A stretch of 64,000 nucleotides of DNA from Candidatus Coprovivens sp. (GTDB taxonomy: Bacteria; Bacillota_I; Bacilli_A; RF39; UBA660), in assembly GCA_051892935.1 (NCBI GenBank), contig JBJFGS010000031.1:32001-96000 (forward strand). Direction: 5' to 3'. A program made the translations under genes and the position numbers. This document shows positions 10,133-20,902 of this stretch, in pieces. Below the pieces are notes generated by a model, which saw nothing but the letters and a program-made list of their open reading frames with translations, had not been told where the DNA came from and made no database searches. How positions within the stretch are numbered: position 1 is the first letter of the stretch; the number at the start of each line of letters is the position of its first letter.

Positions 10133-11227
10133 GTGAAGAAATATAAATTAAAAGTAAAACTATTAGTATATGGATTTCCTTTTCTAGATGAAAAGTTTGT
10201 AATTGATAATTTTGAATTAAAAGCTGAAAAAATAGATTTGTCTGTAATTGAAAAAAGCATAGAAGATAATCCATTTATTCCTGCTGGATATATGTTAAAT
10301 TGTACTTTTCAATTAAAAGATGATGAGAATACTTATTATAATTGTTTCGAAACCGTTGAGGAGCTTGAGTATAATGTTTCAAACGATAAAGCTAAAAGCA
10401 AAGAAACTGTTATAAAACATTTTTTTGAATTTAGTGAACTTGAAGAATTAATAAATAATTTTAAGAAAAAGTTAAGATTGATATATAATTTGAGAATAAT
10501 TTTTCCAGTGTGCAAAGTTTCTATTATGGATGAAAATGATAAGTTGGTTGGATACTTTATTAATTATAAAGATTTTCCTTCACAGCATGGTTTAGGTGTG
10601 CTCTTTGATAAAGAAAAATTTAGTAAAAATAGTAGAAGTGGTTTTGATTTAAAAAGTTTTCTTTTGACGGAGAAGTCAAATGTTAAGTTTAATAGAGCAA
10701 TGTCGTTGTTTAATGACTCCTTTGAATCTAGTGATGTTTCTGTGAGATTTTTATTGCTATTTTCTTGCTTAGAGGCTTTATTTATAACTTCAAAAACTGA
10801 TATTACTGAAAACTTAGCTGTATGTACAAGTAGGATTTTATTATATGATTCTAGTGTAGAAGAAAAAGTCATGTATGATAGGATTAAGGAATTGTATGAT
10901 TATAGATGTAAGTTTGTTCATGGAAGGCAAATAAAGAACATTACTTATGAACTAGAGTTAGAATTAAGAGAAATAGTAAGGTATGTGTTACTTATTTATT
11001 GGAATATTTGTATTTCTGGAAAAACATCAAATCAAATTATTAAAGCATTAAAAAATAATGAAAAAATATCGTTACAAACAAGAATGTATGCCAAAACTAT
11101 AAGATGTGATGATTATTCACAGGCTTATAAAGAAATCTTGTGTACTATTGCTTTAGAAATAGCTAAAGGTAATGTCAGAATAACAGAACAAGAAAATGGT
11201 GTTATAAAAGCCGTAGAGGAAATATAA
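10133..11227 (+). CDS. HEPN-domain protein (ApeA-like), putative defence RNase
   Basis: FSCLEALF and LYDYRCKFVHG (R-x4-H HEPN motif). Confidence 0.7.
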   Translation: MKKYKLKVKLLVYGFPFLDEKFVIDNFELKAEKIDLSVIEKSIEDNPFIPAGYMLNCTFQLKDDENTYYNCFETVEELEYNVSNDKAKSKETVIKHFFEFSELEELINNFKKKLRLIYNLRIIFPVCKVSIMDENDKLVGYFINYKDFPSQHGLGVLFDKEKFSKNSRSGFDLKSFLLTEKSNVKFNRAMSLFNDSFESSDVSVRFLLLFSCLEALFITSKTDITENLAVCTSRILLYDSSVEEKVMYDRIKELYDYRCKFVHGRQIKNITYELELELREIVRYVLLIYWNICISGKTSNQIIKALKNNEKISLQTRMYAKTIRCDDYSQAYKEILCTIALEIAKGNVRITEQENGVIKAVEEI

Positions 11228-11281
11228 AAATGGTTAACTAAATTTTACTAATATTTCTTACTTTGTTATAATTATTAGTAG

Positions 11282-12211
11282 GTGATGTCTATGTTAATTC
11301 GTAATAATAAACTATTAAAACAAGATAAATTTAAATTAGAAAAAGATTTACAAGTATTTATAGAAAATCATATACCAGATATCCTTGGTGAAGAATATGA
11401 ATTTGTATGTACTGAATTTATAGTAGGAGATTTTAGAATAGATTCATTAGCTTTTAATAAAGAAACAAAATCTTTCATAATAATAGAAGATAAAAAAGTA
11501 GAAAATAAAAGTCTAGTAGATCAAGGTCTAACTTATCTTAAATTACTAAGAGATAGAAAAGCTGACTTTATATTAAAGTATAATGAAATAAAAGGAACTA
11601 ATTATAATATTAATGATATAGATATATCTCAATCTAAAGTATTATTCTTTTCTCCATATTATAATAAGTATCAAATCTATTCTTCAGACTATCAAAACAT
11701 ACCATTTGAATTATATAAAGTAACTAGATATGAAGATGATATAGTTGATATAGAGAAGATAGAAAAGACTAGTAAAGAAAAAATGGATAATTCTATATTC
11801 TCTTCCTTATTAACTACTAAAGATAATAAGGAAGAGATAAAAGTGTATACTGAAGAAGAACATTTAGAAAAATGTACTGAAAAAGTAAAAGATATTTATT
11901 ATAGTTTAAAAAATAGAATACTTGAACTTGGAGATATTGATTTGGATATTAAGAAAGTGTATATAGCTTTTAAAGGAATTAGAAATATTGTTGATTTAGA
12001 AATATTTAAGAACTTTGTTCAAGTTAATATTAATATGAAAAAAGGAACTTTAGAGGACCCTTTAACTATTATGAATTGTTATGTATTAGATGATGGTAAA
12101 GTAATTGGTCATCATGGTAATGGAGATTATTATATATCTATTTATAATGAAGATGAAGTAGACAAAGTAATTCCTTTTATTAAACAATCATTAGAGATAA
12201 ACAAAAAATAG
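11282..12211 (+). CDS. PD-(D/E)xK nuclease-like N-terminus + DUF5655 domain protein
   Basis: EKDLQ..RIDSLAF..IIIEDKK..DQGLTY; C-terminal KKVYIAFK, GHHGNGDY. Confidence 0.7.
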   Translation: MMSMLIRNNKLLKQDKFKLEKDLQVFIENHIPDILGEEYEFVCTEFIVGDFRIDSLAFNKETKSFIIIEDKKVENKSLVDQGLTYLKLLRDRKADFILKYNEIKGTNYNINDIDISQSKVLFFSPYYNKYQIYSSDYQNIPFELYKVTRYEDDIVDIEKIEKTSKEKMDNSIFSSLLTTKDNKEEIKVYTEEEHLEKCTEKVKDIYYSLKNRILELGDIDLDIKKVYIAFKGIRNIVDLEIFKNFVQVNINMKKGTLEDPLTIMNCYVLDDGKVIGHHGNGDYYISIYNEDEVDKVIPFIKQSLEINKK

Positions 12212-12359
12212 TATAAATTCATAAAATAAAGACTTTTGTGGGGACAAAAGTCTTTTTTAGTGTCTAATTTGATGTTAAAATAAGGATTAAAAATTATGAA
12301 TGTGTTATACTTTTTGTATAGAATAAAGTACAGATAAGTACATAGTAGGAGTGAACAAC

Positions 12360-13928
12360 ATGAATAATAAAAAAGAACAAGAAAGAGAAGAACTTCATAA
12401 AACAATATGGAAGATAGCTAATGAACTTAGAGGTTCAGTAGATGGATGGGATTTTAAGCAATATGTTTTAGGATTATTGTTTTATAGATTTATTTCCGAA
12501 AATATAGAACATTATGTTAATGATAATCAAAGAAAAGCTGGTATAACTAATTTTGAATATAGAAATATTAGTGATGAACAAGCTTTAATGGGGAAACAAC
12601 AAATATTAGAAGAAAAAGGATTATTTATATTACCAAGTGAATTATTTTGTAATGTAAGAATTAATGCATCAAAAAATGAAAACTTGAACGTAGTTATTTC
12701 AAATATATTTAATAATATTGAAGCCTCTGCTAGAGGTACTGCATCTGAAAATGATGTTAAAGGTTTATTTGATGATTTTACTATTGATAATAAATTAGGT
12801 AATACAGTTGATGAAAGAAACGAAAAATTAGTAAAATTACTTAATGCTATCGGTGATTTGAAACTAGGTGATTATTACGATAATAACATTGATTTATTCG
12901 GAGATGCTTATGAGTTTTTGATGACTATGTATGCATCATCTGCAGGTAAGTCAGGAGGAGAATTCTTTACTCCTCAAGAAGTTGGAGAATTATTAGCTAG
13001 AATAGTAATTCAAGATAAGACATCAGTTAATAAAGTATATGATCCAGCTTGTGGATCTGGTGGATTATTATTAAAATTCGCTAAAATCCTTGGTAAAGAA
13101 AATGTAAGAGATGGTTTTTTTGGTCAAGAAATAAATTTAACTACTTATAACTTAGCTAGAATTAACATGTTCTTACACAATATAAATTATAATAATTTTC
13201 ATATAGCGAGGGGAGATACATTAATTCATCCAGAACATTGGGATGATGAACCATTTGATGCAATCGTATCTAATCCGCCATATTCAATTAAGTGGGCTGG
13301 AAAGGAAAATCCAATTTTGATAAATGATGAAAGATTTTCTCCAGCAGGTGTATTGGCACCTTCTTCTAAAGCTGATTTAGCATTTACTATGCATATGTTA
13401 TCATGGTTAAGTCCAAAAGGAACAGCTGCAATAGTTGAGTTCCCTGGTGTACTATATAGAGGTGGAGCAGAACAAAAGATAAGACAATATATGATTGACA
13501 ATAACTTTGTAGATGCAGTTATTCAGTTACCATCTGATTTATTCTTTGGAACATCAATTGCTACATGTATTTTAGTATTAAAGAAAAATAAATCAGATAA
13601 CAATATCTTATTTGTAGATGCCAGTGAGGAATTTGTTAGAAATACAAATAAAAATAAATTGTCTGATGAAAATATAAACAATATAGTTAATTTATTAAAA
13701 GAAAGAGAGTCAGTTGAAAATAAAACTTATTTAGCTACTTATGATGAAATAAAAGAAAATGATTATAATATATCTGTAAATTCATATTTAAAAACAAATG
13801 CTGGTGAAGTAGAAATAGATATAGAAGAAGTAAACAAAAAATTAGCTGAAATAGTTCCAAGACAACAACAAATAAGAAATGAATTGGAAGAAATAATCAG
13901 AGAATTGGAGTCTGATTATTATGAGTAA
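12360..13928 (+). CDS. hsdM: Type I R-M methyltransferase subunit
   Basis: GEFFTP, YDPACGSGG (motif I), SNPPY (motif IV); ATG 12360 after AGGAG. Confidence 0.95.
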   Translation: MNNKKEQEREELHKTIWKIANELRGSVDGWDFKQYVLGLLFYRFISENIEHYVNDNQRKAGITNFEYRNISDEQALMGKQQILEEKGLFILPSELFCNVRINASKNENLNVVISNIFNNIEASARGTASENDVKGLFDDFTIDNKLGNTVDERNEKLVKLLNAIGDLKLGDYYDNNIDLFGDAYEFLMTMYASSAGKSGGEFFTPQEVGELLARIVIQDKTSVNKVYDPACGSGGLLLKFAKILGKENVRDGFFGQEINLTTYNLARINMFLHNINYNNFHIARGDTLIHPEHWDDEPFDAIVSNPPYSIKWAGKENPILINDERFSPAGVLAPSSKADLAFTMHMLSWLSPKGTAAIVEFPGVLYRGGAEQKIRQYMIDNNFVDAVIQLPSDLFFGTSIATCILVLKKNKSDNNILFVDASEEFVRNTNKNKLSDENINNIVNLLKERESVENKTYLATYDEIKENDYNISVNSYLKTNAGEVEIDIEEVNKKLAEIVPRQQQIRNELEEIIRELESDYYE

Positions 13929-15306
13929 GATAAATGATTTAATTAAAGAATTATGTCCTAATGGTGTTGAGTATCATAAACTTTGTGATATTGGTGAAAT
14001 ACTAAGTGGGTTAAAAAGCAAGAGCAAAGATGATTTTAATAATGGCGAATCAAAATATATAACTTATGTTAATGTCTTTAATAACTTAGCAGTTGATTTT
14101 AGCAAATATGAATTAGTTAAAGTTAAAGAAAATGAAAATCAAAACGAATTAAAATATTGTGATGTTATTTTTACAACATCATCAGAAATAGCAGAAGAAA
14201 CAGGAATGACAAGTGTTGTATGTATAGAACCTGAAGAAAAATATTACTTAAATAGTTTTTGCTCAATATATAGATTTAATGATGAATTTATAAGTAAAAT
14301 TAATCCTAATTTTATAAAACATTTATTTAGATCAAATGATATTAGAGAAAAAATTATAAAATGTGCAAATGGTGTAACTAGATTTAATCTTAGTAAAAAA
14401 GATTTTATTAAAATAGATATACCAATACCACCATTAGAAGTTCAAAATGAGATAGCAATTATTCTTGATAAATTTGGCGAGCTAGAGGCGGAGCTAGAGG
14501 CGGAGCTAGAGGCGAGAAAGAGTCAATACGAGTTTTGGCGTGGTAAGATTTTTGCAGATAAAGAAACTAAGTATAACAAAGTAAAATTTAAAGATATTGC
14601 AACAATTACAAGAGGAGGAAATTTCCAAAAAAAAGATTATGTAGAAAATGGAATGCCTTGTATACACTACGGACAAATATATACTCAATTTGGTCCGTAT
14701 ACTGATAAAGTAATATCATATATACCAAAGGATATATTTGATAAACAAAGAAAAGCAAAACATAACGATGTTATTATGGCTGTAACAAGTGAGAATTATG
14801 AAGATGTATGTAAATCTGTTGCATGGATTGGTAAAGATGAAATTGCAGTAAGTGGACATAGTGCAATAATATCTTCTGAACAAAACGCAAAATATTTATC
14901 ATATTATTTTAGTAGTAGTGTATTTCAAAAAGAAAAATTAAAATACGCTAGGGGAGTTAAGGTAATTGAATTCCCGCCAGAAAAACTAAATGAAATTGAG
15001 ATAGCATTACCACCAATGGAAGTTCAAAATAAAGTAGTACATGTTTTAGATAATTTCGAAACACTATGTAGTGACCTTGGAATAGGGCTACCTGCAGAAA
15101 AAGAAGTGAGAAGACAACAATATGAATATTATCGCGATATGTTGTTGACCTTTGCAGACAGTAATGAGATAATCTTACAAGACAAGACAAGACAAGACAA
15201 GACAAGACAAGACAAGACAAGACAAGACAAGACAAGACAAGACAAGACAAGACAAGACAAGACAAGACAAGACAAGACAAGACAAGACAAGACAAGCAAT
15301 AATTAG
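13921..15306 (+). CDS. hsdS: Type I R-M specificity subunit (TRD1-TRD2), ending in a translated SSR (QDKTR repeats)
   Basis: ELCPNGV start, IPIPPLEVQ, LEAELEARK, GLPAE..RRQQYEYYRD conserved regions (type IC-like). Confidence 0.95.
   Translation: MSKINDLIKELCPNGVEYHKLCDIGEILSGLKSKSKDDFNNGESKYITYVNVFNNLAVDFSKYELVKVKENENQNELKYCDVIFTTSSEIAEETGMTSVVCIEPEEKYYLNSFCSIYRFNDEFISKINPNFIKHLFRSNDIREKIIKCANGVTRFNLSKKDFIKIDIPIPPLEVQNEIAIILDKFGELEAELEAELEARKSQYEFWRGKIFADKETKYNKVKFKDIATITRGGNFQKKDYVENGMPCIHYGQIYTQFGPYTDKVISYIPKDIFDKQRKAKHNDVIMAVTSENYEDVCKSVAWIGKDEIAVSGHSAIISSEQNAKYLSYYFSSSVFQKEKLKYARGVKVIEFPPEKLNEIEIALPPMEVQNKVVHVLDNFETLCSDLGIGLPAEKEVRRQQYEYYRDMLLTFADSNEIILQDKTRQDKTRQDKTRQDKTRQDKTRQDKTRQDKTRQDKTSNN
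14479..14514 (+). repeat. 3 x 12-bp perfect repeat GAGCTAGAGGCG (ELEA) in the hsdS central conserved region
   Basis: Read directly; analogous to the TAEL repeats of EcoR124I HsdS. Confidence 0.9.
15181..15295 (+). repeat. Simple sequence repeat (GACAA)23
   Basis: 23 perfect pentamers counted, 115 bp. Confidence 0.95.
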
Positions 15307-15901
15307 GCTATTACAATATGTATTCGGAAGTATAAAAGTTTCACTTGAAGATATTGCATACTACTCAAAGGATAGAATAAGTCATACAGAACTTAATGAA
15401 AATAATTATGTAGGAGTAGATAATTTATTACAAAATAAGAGGGGTAAAACAAATTCAACACATATTCCTACTTCAGGTAATTCAATTAAATTTATAAAAA
15501 ATGATATTCTAATAGGGAATATAAGACCTTATTTAAGGAAGATTTGGTTAGCAGATTGTACTGGTGGTACAAATGGAGATGTACTTGATATTAGAATAAA
15601 TAATACAGAATTTGTATATCCTAAATTTTTGTACTATATATTATCTTCAGAAGATTTTTTTGAATATAATAATTCAACCTCAAAAGGTTCTAAAATGCCA
15701 AGAGGTGATAAACAAGCTGTAATGAAATACGAGTTTTTCTTGCCTTCAATTGAAGTTCAAAGAAAAATAACAAGTATATTAGATAAATTTGATAAATTAG
15801 TAAACGACATTTCAGAAGGTTTGCCCGCAGAAATTGAATTAAGAAAACAACAATATGAATATTATAGAAATAAATTATTAGATTTTAAGGAAGTGAATTA
15901 A
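15296..15901 (+). CDS. hsdS: Silent third HsdS TRD + conserved region, out of frame (+1) behind the SSR
   Basis: Open frame AIIRLLQYVFG..NIRPYLRKIW..GTNGDV..KGSKMPRGDK..GLPAEIELRKQQYEYYRNKLL; contains track ORF 15629-15901; no start or RBS of its own. Confidence 0.85.
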   Translation, partial: AIIRLLQYVFGSIKVSLEDIAYYSKDRISHTELNENNYVGVDNLLQNKRGKTNSTHIPTSGNSIKFIKNDILIGNIRPYLRKIWLADCTGGTNGDVLDIRINNTEFVYPKFLYYILSSEDFFEYNNSTSKGSKMPRGDKQAVMKYEFFLPSIEVQRKITSILDKFDKLVNDISEGLPAEIELRKQQYEYYRNKLLDFKEVN

Positions 15902-15902
15902 A

Positions 15903-18900
15903 ATGAATAGTATTGGTTTAATAAGTGAAAATGACAACTCAACAGTATTAGCTGAATATACAGGTTTGAATAGAGTAGCTACATCTTTTCAAAGTGAAGA
16001 TGCCTTAGAAAAAGAATTAATTAATACTTTAATTGAACAAGGTTATGAAAGATTATATATTAATGATGAAGATGAATTGATTCTTAATCTAAGAAAACAA
16101 TTGGAAAAACTCAATAATTATCATTTTACTGATGGAGAATGGGATTATTTATTTGCTAAAGTTATTGCTAATAAAAATGATTATATTATTGAGAAAACTA
16201 GATTAATACAAGAAGATTATAAACAAGAACTAACTTTAGATTCAGGTGAAAAAAGAAATGTATATTTAATTGATAAAAATAATATTCACAATAATAGTCT
16301 TCAAGTATTGAATCAATATGTTAATAATGATGGTAATTTTGATAATAGATATGATGTTACTATTTTAGTTAATGGTCTTCCTTTAGTTCATGTCGAATTA
16401 AAGAAAAGAGGAGTAGATTTAAGAGAAGCTTTTAACCAAATAGAAAGATATCAAAGAGATTCTTTCTGGGCTGGTTCTGGATTATATAACTTTGTTCAAA
16501 TATTTGTTATCTCAAATGGAACATTAACTAAATATTATTCTAATACTACTAGAGAATTCCATATAAATAACCAAAAGAAAAAGAAATCTAATTCATTTGA
16601 ATTTACTTCTTATTGGGCAGACCAAAAAAATAATGGAATTACTGATTTAATTGATTTTGCTAAAACATTTTTTACTAAGCATACTTTATTAAATATACTA
16701 ACTAAATATTGTGTATTTACTAGTGAAGAAGACTTACTTGTAATGAGACCTTACCAAATAGTTGCAACTGAAAAAATATTAAATAGAATTACAATTGCAT
16801 ATAACAACAAGTTCTATGGAACATTAAAGTCAGGTGGATATATTTGGCATACAACAGGATCAGGAAAAACATTAACTTCATTTAAGACATCTCAATTAGC
16901 AAGTAAACTAGAATTTATTGATAAAGTATTATTTGTTGTTGATAGAAAAGACTTAGATTATCAAACAATGAAAGAATATGATCGTTTTAAGGAAGGTGCA
17001 GCCAACTCTAATACTTCTACGAAAATATTAGAAGGTCAATTAGAAGATGATAATTGTAAAATAATAATTACTACAATCCAAAAACTATCACAATTTATTA
17101 AAAAGAATGCTGATAGTGAAGTGTTTAATAAACATGTAGTATTTATATTTGATGAATGTCATAGATCGCAATTTGGTGAGATGCATAAATCGATTATTAA
17201 GAAGTTTAATAAATATTATATATTTGGATTTACTGGTACTCCAATATTCCCAGAGAATGCTAGAACAATAAAAGGTATATCTGAAACAACAGAACAAATC
17301 TTTGGAGAAAGATTACATACTTATACAATAGTAAATGCTATAGCTGATAAGAATGTATTACCTTTTAGATATGAATATGTTGGTAGAGTAGATGTATCTG
17401 AAGATGTAAAAGATGAAAAAGTTTATAGTATAGATGAAGAAAAATTATTTGATAATCAAATAAGAATTAGTTTAATTACTGAATATATTATTGAATATTT
17501 TAGCACTAAAACAAAAACTAGTGAATCATATGTTTATTCAACCTTAGATAACGTAATTGAAGTTGCTAAAAGACAAGATACAGAAGAAATAAAATCTAAA
17601 AAGAATATTAATGGATTTAATTCTATATTTGCAGTATCTAATATTAAAATGGCAAAAGAATACTATGAAGAATTCCAAAAACAATTAAGAATAAAAAATA
17701 GTAATTTAAAAGTAGCTTTAATATATTCATATGGTGTTAATGGAGAAGATGGAGTTATTGATGAAAACTCGGAATCAACAGAAGCTTTAAGCATTGATGA
17801 TAGAACATTCTTAGATAATGCTATTAAAGATTATAACAAGATGTTTGGAACTAGTTATGACACATCATCAGAAAGATTTCAAAATTATTATAAAGATGTT
17901 TCATTGAGAATAAAGAATAGAGAAATTGATATATTAATAGTTGCAAATATGTTCTTAACAGGATTTGATGCTAAAACATTAAATACATTATGGGTAGATA
18001 AGAACTTAAAATGGCATGGCTTAATTCAAGCATTCTCTAGAACTAATAGAATTTTAAATAGTGTTAAAACTTATGGTAATATCGTTTCATTTAGAAACTT
18101 AGAAGATAGACTTAATGAGGCATTAGCTAAATTCGGCGATGAAGAAGCTCATGGAATAGTATTATTAAAACCATATAATGATTACTACTATGGATATGAA
18201 GATGATAATGGTAAAACATTTGAGGGTTATAAATCTTTGGTAGAGAAACTTACTTCTAAATTTGCACCAGGAGAACTAATGCAAAGTGAAGCAGAACAGA
18301 AAAAATTTATTAAACTATATGGTGAAATATTAAAAGTAACAAATATATTATCTTCATTCGATGAGTTTAAAGATGATGAATTAATCAATGAAAGAGATAA
18401 ACAAGATTACCATAGCATCTATATCGAACTTTATAATGAATTTAGAAATAAAGCTAAACAAGAAAAAACTGATGTTACTGAAGATGTAGTATTTGAAATG
18501 GAATTGATTAAATCAATAGAAGTTAATATTGATTACATCTTAGGATTAGTTAAGAAATACCATGATAGTAACATGGAAGATAAAGAGATTCTTGTAACTA
18601 TTCAAAAGACAATCATGGCAAGTCCAGATTTGAGAAATAAGAAAGATTTAATCATGGCATTCATTGAATCATTAGATCAAGACTCAAATGTATATGCTGA
18701 TTTTGAATCATTTATGAATAGTAAAAAGAAAGAAGAATTAGATAAGATAATTGCTGAAGAAAATCTTAATAAAGAAGAAACATATAACTTTATTCAAAGA
18801 TCATTTGAACAAGGAAGAGTAGAAACGAATGGAACAGAAGTATCTAATATACTTCCTCCTATGAATATGTTTACTCCAACAAATGATAGACAAGAAAAGA

Positions 18901-18971
18901 AAAATAAGGTTATTGATAAACTATTAGAATTCTTTGATAAATTCTTTAGCATTTCAAGTAATAAAATGTAA
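15903..18971 (+). CDS. hsdR: Type I R-M restriction subunit
   Basis: YDVTILVNGLPLVHVELK nuclease motif; HTTGSGKT Walker A; DECHR; FTGTP; QAFSRTNR. Confidence 0.95.
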   Translation: MNSIGLISENDNSTVLAEYTGLNRVATSFQSEDALEKELINTLIEQGYERLYINDEDELILNLRKQLEKLNNYHFTDGEWDYLFAKVIANKNDYIIEKTRLIQEDYKQELTLDSGEKRNVYLIDKNNIHNNSLQVLNQYVNNDGNFDNRYDVTILVNGLPLVHVELKKRGVDLREAFNQIERYQRDSFWAGSGLYNFVQIFVISNGTLTKYYSNTTREFHINNQKKKKSNSFEFTSYWADQKNNGITDLIDFAKTFFTKHTLLNILTKYCVFTSEEDLLVMRPYQIVATEKILNRITIAYNNKFYGTLKSGGYIWHTTGSGKTLTSFKTSQLASKLEFIDKVLFVVDRKDLDYQTMKEYDRFKEGAANSNTSTKILEGQLEDDNCKIIITTIQKLSQFIKKNADSEVFNKHVVFIFDECHRSQFGEMHKSIIKKFNKYYIFGFTGTPIFPENARTIKGISETTEQIFGERLHTYTIVNAIADKNVLPFRYEYVGRVDVSEDVKDEKVYSIDEEKLFDNQIRISLITEYIIEYFSTKTKTSESYVYSTLDNVIEVAKRQDTEEIKSKKNINGFNSIFAVSNIKMAKEYYEEFQKQLRIKNSNLKVALIYSYGVNGEDGVIDENSESTEALSIDDRTFLDNAIKDYNKMFGTSYDTSSERFQNYYKDVSLRIKNREIDILIVANMFLTGFDAKTLNTLWVDKNLKWHGLIQAFSRTNRILNSVKTYGNIVSFRNLEDRLNEALAKFGDEEAHGIVLLKPYNDYYYGYEDDNGKTFEGYKSLVEKLTSKFAPGELMQSEAEQKKFIKLYGEILKVTNILSSFDEFKDDELINERDKQDYHSIYIELYNEFRNKAKQEKTDVTEDVVFEMELIKSIEVNIDYILGLVKKYHDSNMEDKEILVTIQKTIMASPDLRNKKDLIMAFIESLDQDSNVYADFESFMNSKKKEELDKIIAEENLNKEETYNFIQRSFEQGRVETNGTEVSNILPPMNMFTPTNDRQEKKNKVIDKLLEFFDKFFSISSNKM

Positions 18972-19041
18972 AAAGCAATGGTAAAACATTGCTTTTTTAG
19001 TGTGTAAAATCTATAATAGAGATTAATTTATAGGAGGGTTT

Positions 19042-19635
19042 ATGAAGGAAGCTAAAATATTAACATATATATTTGGATTAAGTTTAATAATTGCTTGCTG
19101 CTTGCTTTTATTTGTTCCGGTATTAAAACATGGTATTTGTTATGATATTGTGATGGGAATAATTACAGGTTTAATCGTATCTTTAATGGGAGTTGTTGCT
19201 CAGTATTTTATTCAAAAAGGTAGAATTAAAAATGATATATTTAATTGTTATTTTGATTTGTATAAAAAAATATATAATGTAGAAAAAATGCATACTTTTC
19301 TGGGGTATAATTGGATTTCGTTATATAAAAAAATGGAAAATTTTTCAGTAGAATACTCAAAATTAGTTTCTGAATATTCTGGTTTTATTAATAATAAATA
19401 TAATTTATTATATAAAAAATTAAATCCTAGTATTAAGGTTGATTATGATATATATAACATAAAAAATATCGCGAAGTTATTGTTTCCGTTTAATCATAAG
19501 AATTTTAAAGAAATTATTGTACCATTTAAGTTGGAATTAGAAAAATCATTAAAAGTTTTAAATAAAAATAAGTTTAATAAAGAGTTTGATGAATATAAAA
19601 GAATTAGTAAACTTATTTTAGGAAGAAAAGTATAG
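19042..19635 (+). CDS. Hypothetical membrane protein (2 N-terminal TM helices)
   Basis: ORF with GGAGG RBS; hydrophobic N-terminus. Confidence 0.6.
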   Translation: MKEAKILTYIFGLSLIIACCLLLFVPVLKHGICYDIVMGIITGLIVSLMGVVAQYFIQKGRIKNDIFNCYFDLYKKIYNVEKMHTFLGYNWISLYKKMENFSVEYSKLVSEYSGFINNKYNLLYKKLNPSIKVDYDIYNIKNIAKLLFPFNHKNFKEIIVPFKLELEKSLKVLNKNKFNKEFDEYKRISKLILGRKV

Positions 19636-19639
19636 TGTT

Positions 19640-19782
19640 ATTTTTTTGATTTACTTGTAAAGCAAAAAAATTAATTCTAAGCCTAAGGTCTTAGAATTCT
19701 AAAGTTGAAACTACAGGTTCAACTTTGTTCTAAGAGACTTATTATATAAGGCTCTTAGAAATTAAATAAATCATTAATTATT
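19640..19782. repeat. Triple-hairpin ~140-bp repeat, copy 1
   Basis: Hairpins at 19673-19698, 19701-19726 and 19728-19760; homologous to 20903-21046. Confidence 0.85.
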
Positions 19783-19944
19783 ATAAAAAGATAACGTTTA
19801 TATTATTTACTGCTGTTCACTGCCGTTCACTAGTGTTTGTTTTAAGAATTTATTGAATAGTAATGTTATTTTTTTCAAAAAAACTGTAAAAGTGTGATTT
19901 TCATGATAAATTATTATTTTTTATGTTAGAATACTTGTAACGAG

Positions 19945-20832
19945 GTGTTTTGTATGGATTATAAATTTAATGGTGCTTTAAATGAGTTTTTATCTGATGT
20001 TGGAGATATAAATGAAGATGAATTAAATGAGAGATTGCAAGAATTTGTAGAAAAGTATAATAATGGTGAGATTGATTATGAAAATATAGCAATGGATCAA
20101 GCATATGAGTTACTAGAAGAAGCTGAGAATACAAAGTCAAAGAAAAAAGCTATTAAGTTAGCTGAAGAAGCTTATGAAATTTGTCCTGATTGTTTTGATG
20201 CAGTTATATTCCGAGCAAGTTTAGAGGATAATCAAACAAAGAGAGAAGAATTATTGAACGAAGGATTGGAATTTGAAAAAGACAGATTAACTGAAGAAGG
20301 GTATTTTGAAGAAGGAAATATTGGGAAATTTTATGGTATCTTTGAAACAAGACCTTATATTCGAGGACTATCTTGTAAGGTTTATAATTTAATTGCTCAA
20401 GGTAAAATAAAATTAGCAATGGAAGTATGTAAAGAAATATTGAGACTTAATGAAAACGATAATACAGGTATAAGATATTTACTTGCTGCTATATATGCAT
20501 ATTTCGAAGATGAAAAAGAATTACTATCACTATATGAAAAATATCCAGAAGAAAATTTATCAATATTATTTCCTTTATTAGCTTTATATTATAAAAAGGA
20601 AAACTATGAGAAAGCTAAAGAATATTTGTTAAAGATAAATAAAAATAATAAAAATTTTATTAAGTTATTTAAAGGTACATTTGAAGAAAATGAAGATATA
20701 CCTAGTGGTTATTATAGTTCTGGCGGTTCTTCAGAAGTTGCTATGTATATTAATAATTATCAATTTTTAGTTATGACAATGCCTTGTCTTGATGAATTTG
20801 TATTAGAATATAGTAAAAATTCTAAAAAATAA
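19945..20832 (+). CDS. TPR-like hypothetical protein
   Basis: ETRPYIR..ILRLNENDNTGIRYLL helical-repeat family pattern. Confidence 0.6.
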   Translation: MFCMDYKFNGALNEFLSDVGDINEDELNERLQEFVEKYNNGEIDYENIAMDQAYELLEEAENTKSKKKAIKLAEEAYEICPDCFDAVIFRASLEDNQTKREELLNEGLEFEKDRLTEEGYFEEGNIGKFYGIFETRPYIRGLSCKVYNLIAQGKIKLAMEVCKEILRLNENDNTGIRYLLAAIYAYFEDEKELLSLYEKYPEENLSILFPLLALYYKKENYEKAKEYLLKINKNNKNFIKLFKGTFEENEDIPSGYYSSGGSSEVAMYINNYQFLVMTMPCLDEFVLEYSKNSKK

Positions 20833-20902
20833 GAAAGTCTATTTATAAAAAGTCTATTTATTATAAGATAGACTTTTTCTTATGTACTAAAAAACATGGT
20901 CT

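Noticed and set aside
14957-15295. Minus-strand ORF with SCLVL repeats
   Set aside because: Antisense translation of the GACAA tract
19809-19838. 3 x 10-bp imperfect repeat (actgctgttc actgccgttc actagtgttt)
   Set aside because: Too short to assign; could be an operator or coding remnant but has no supporting context
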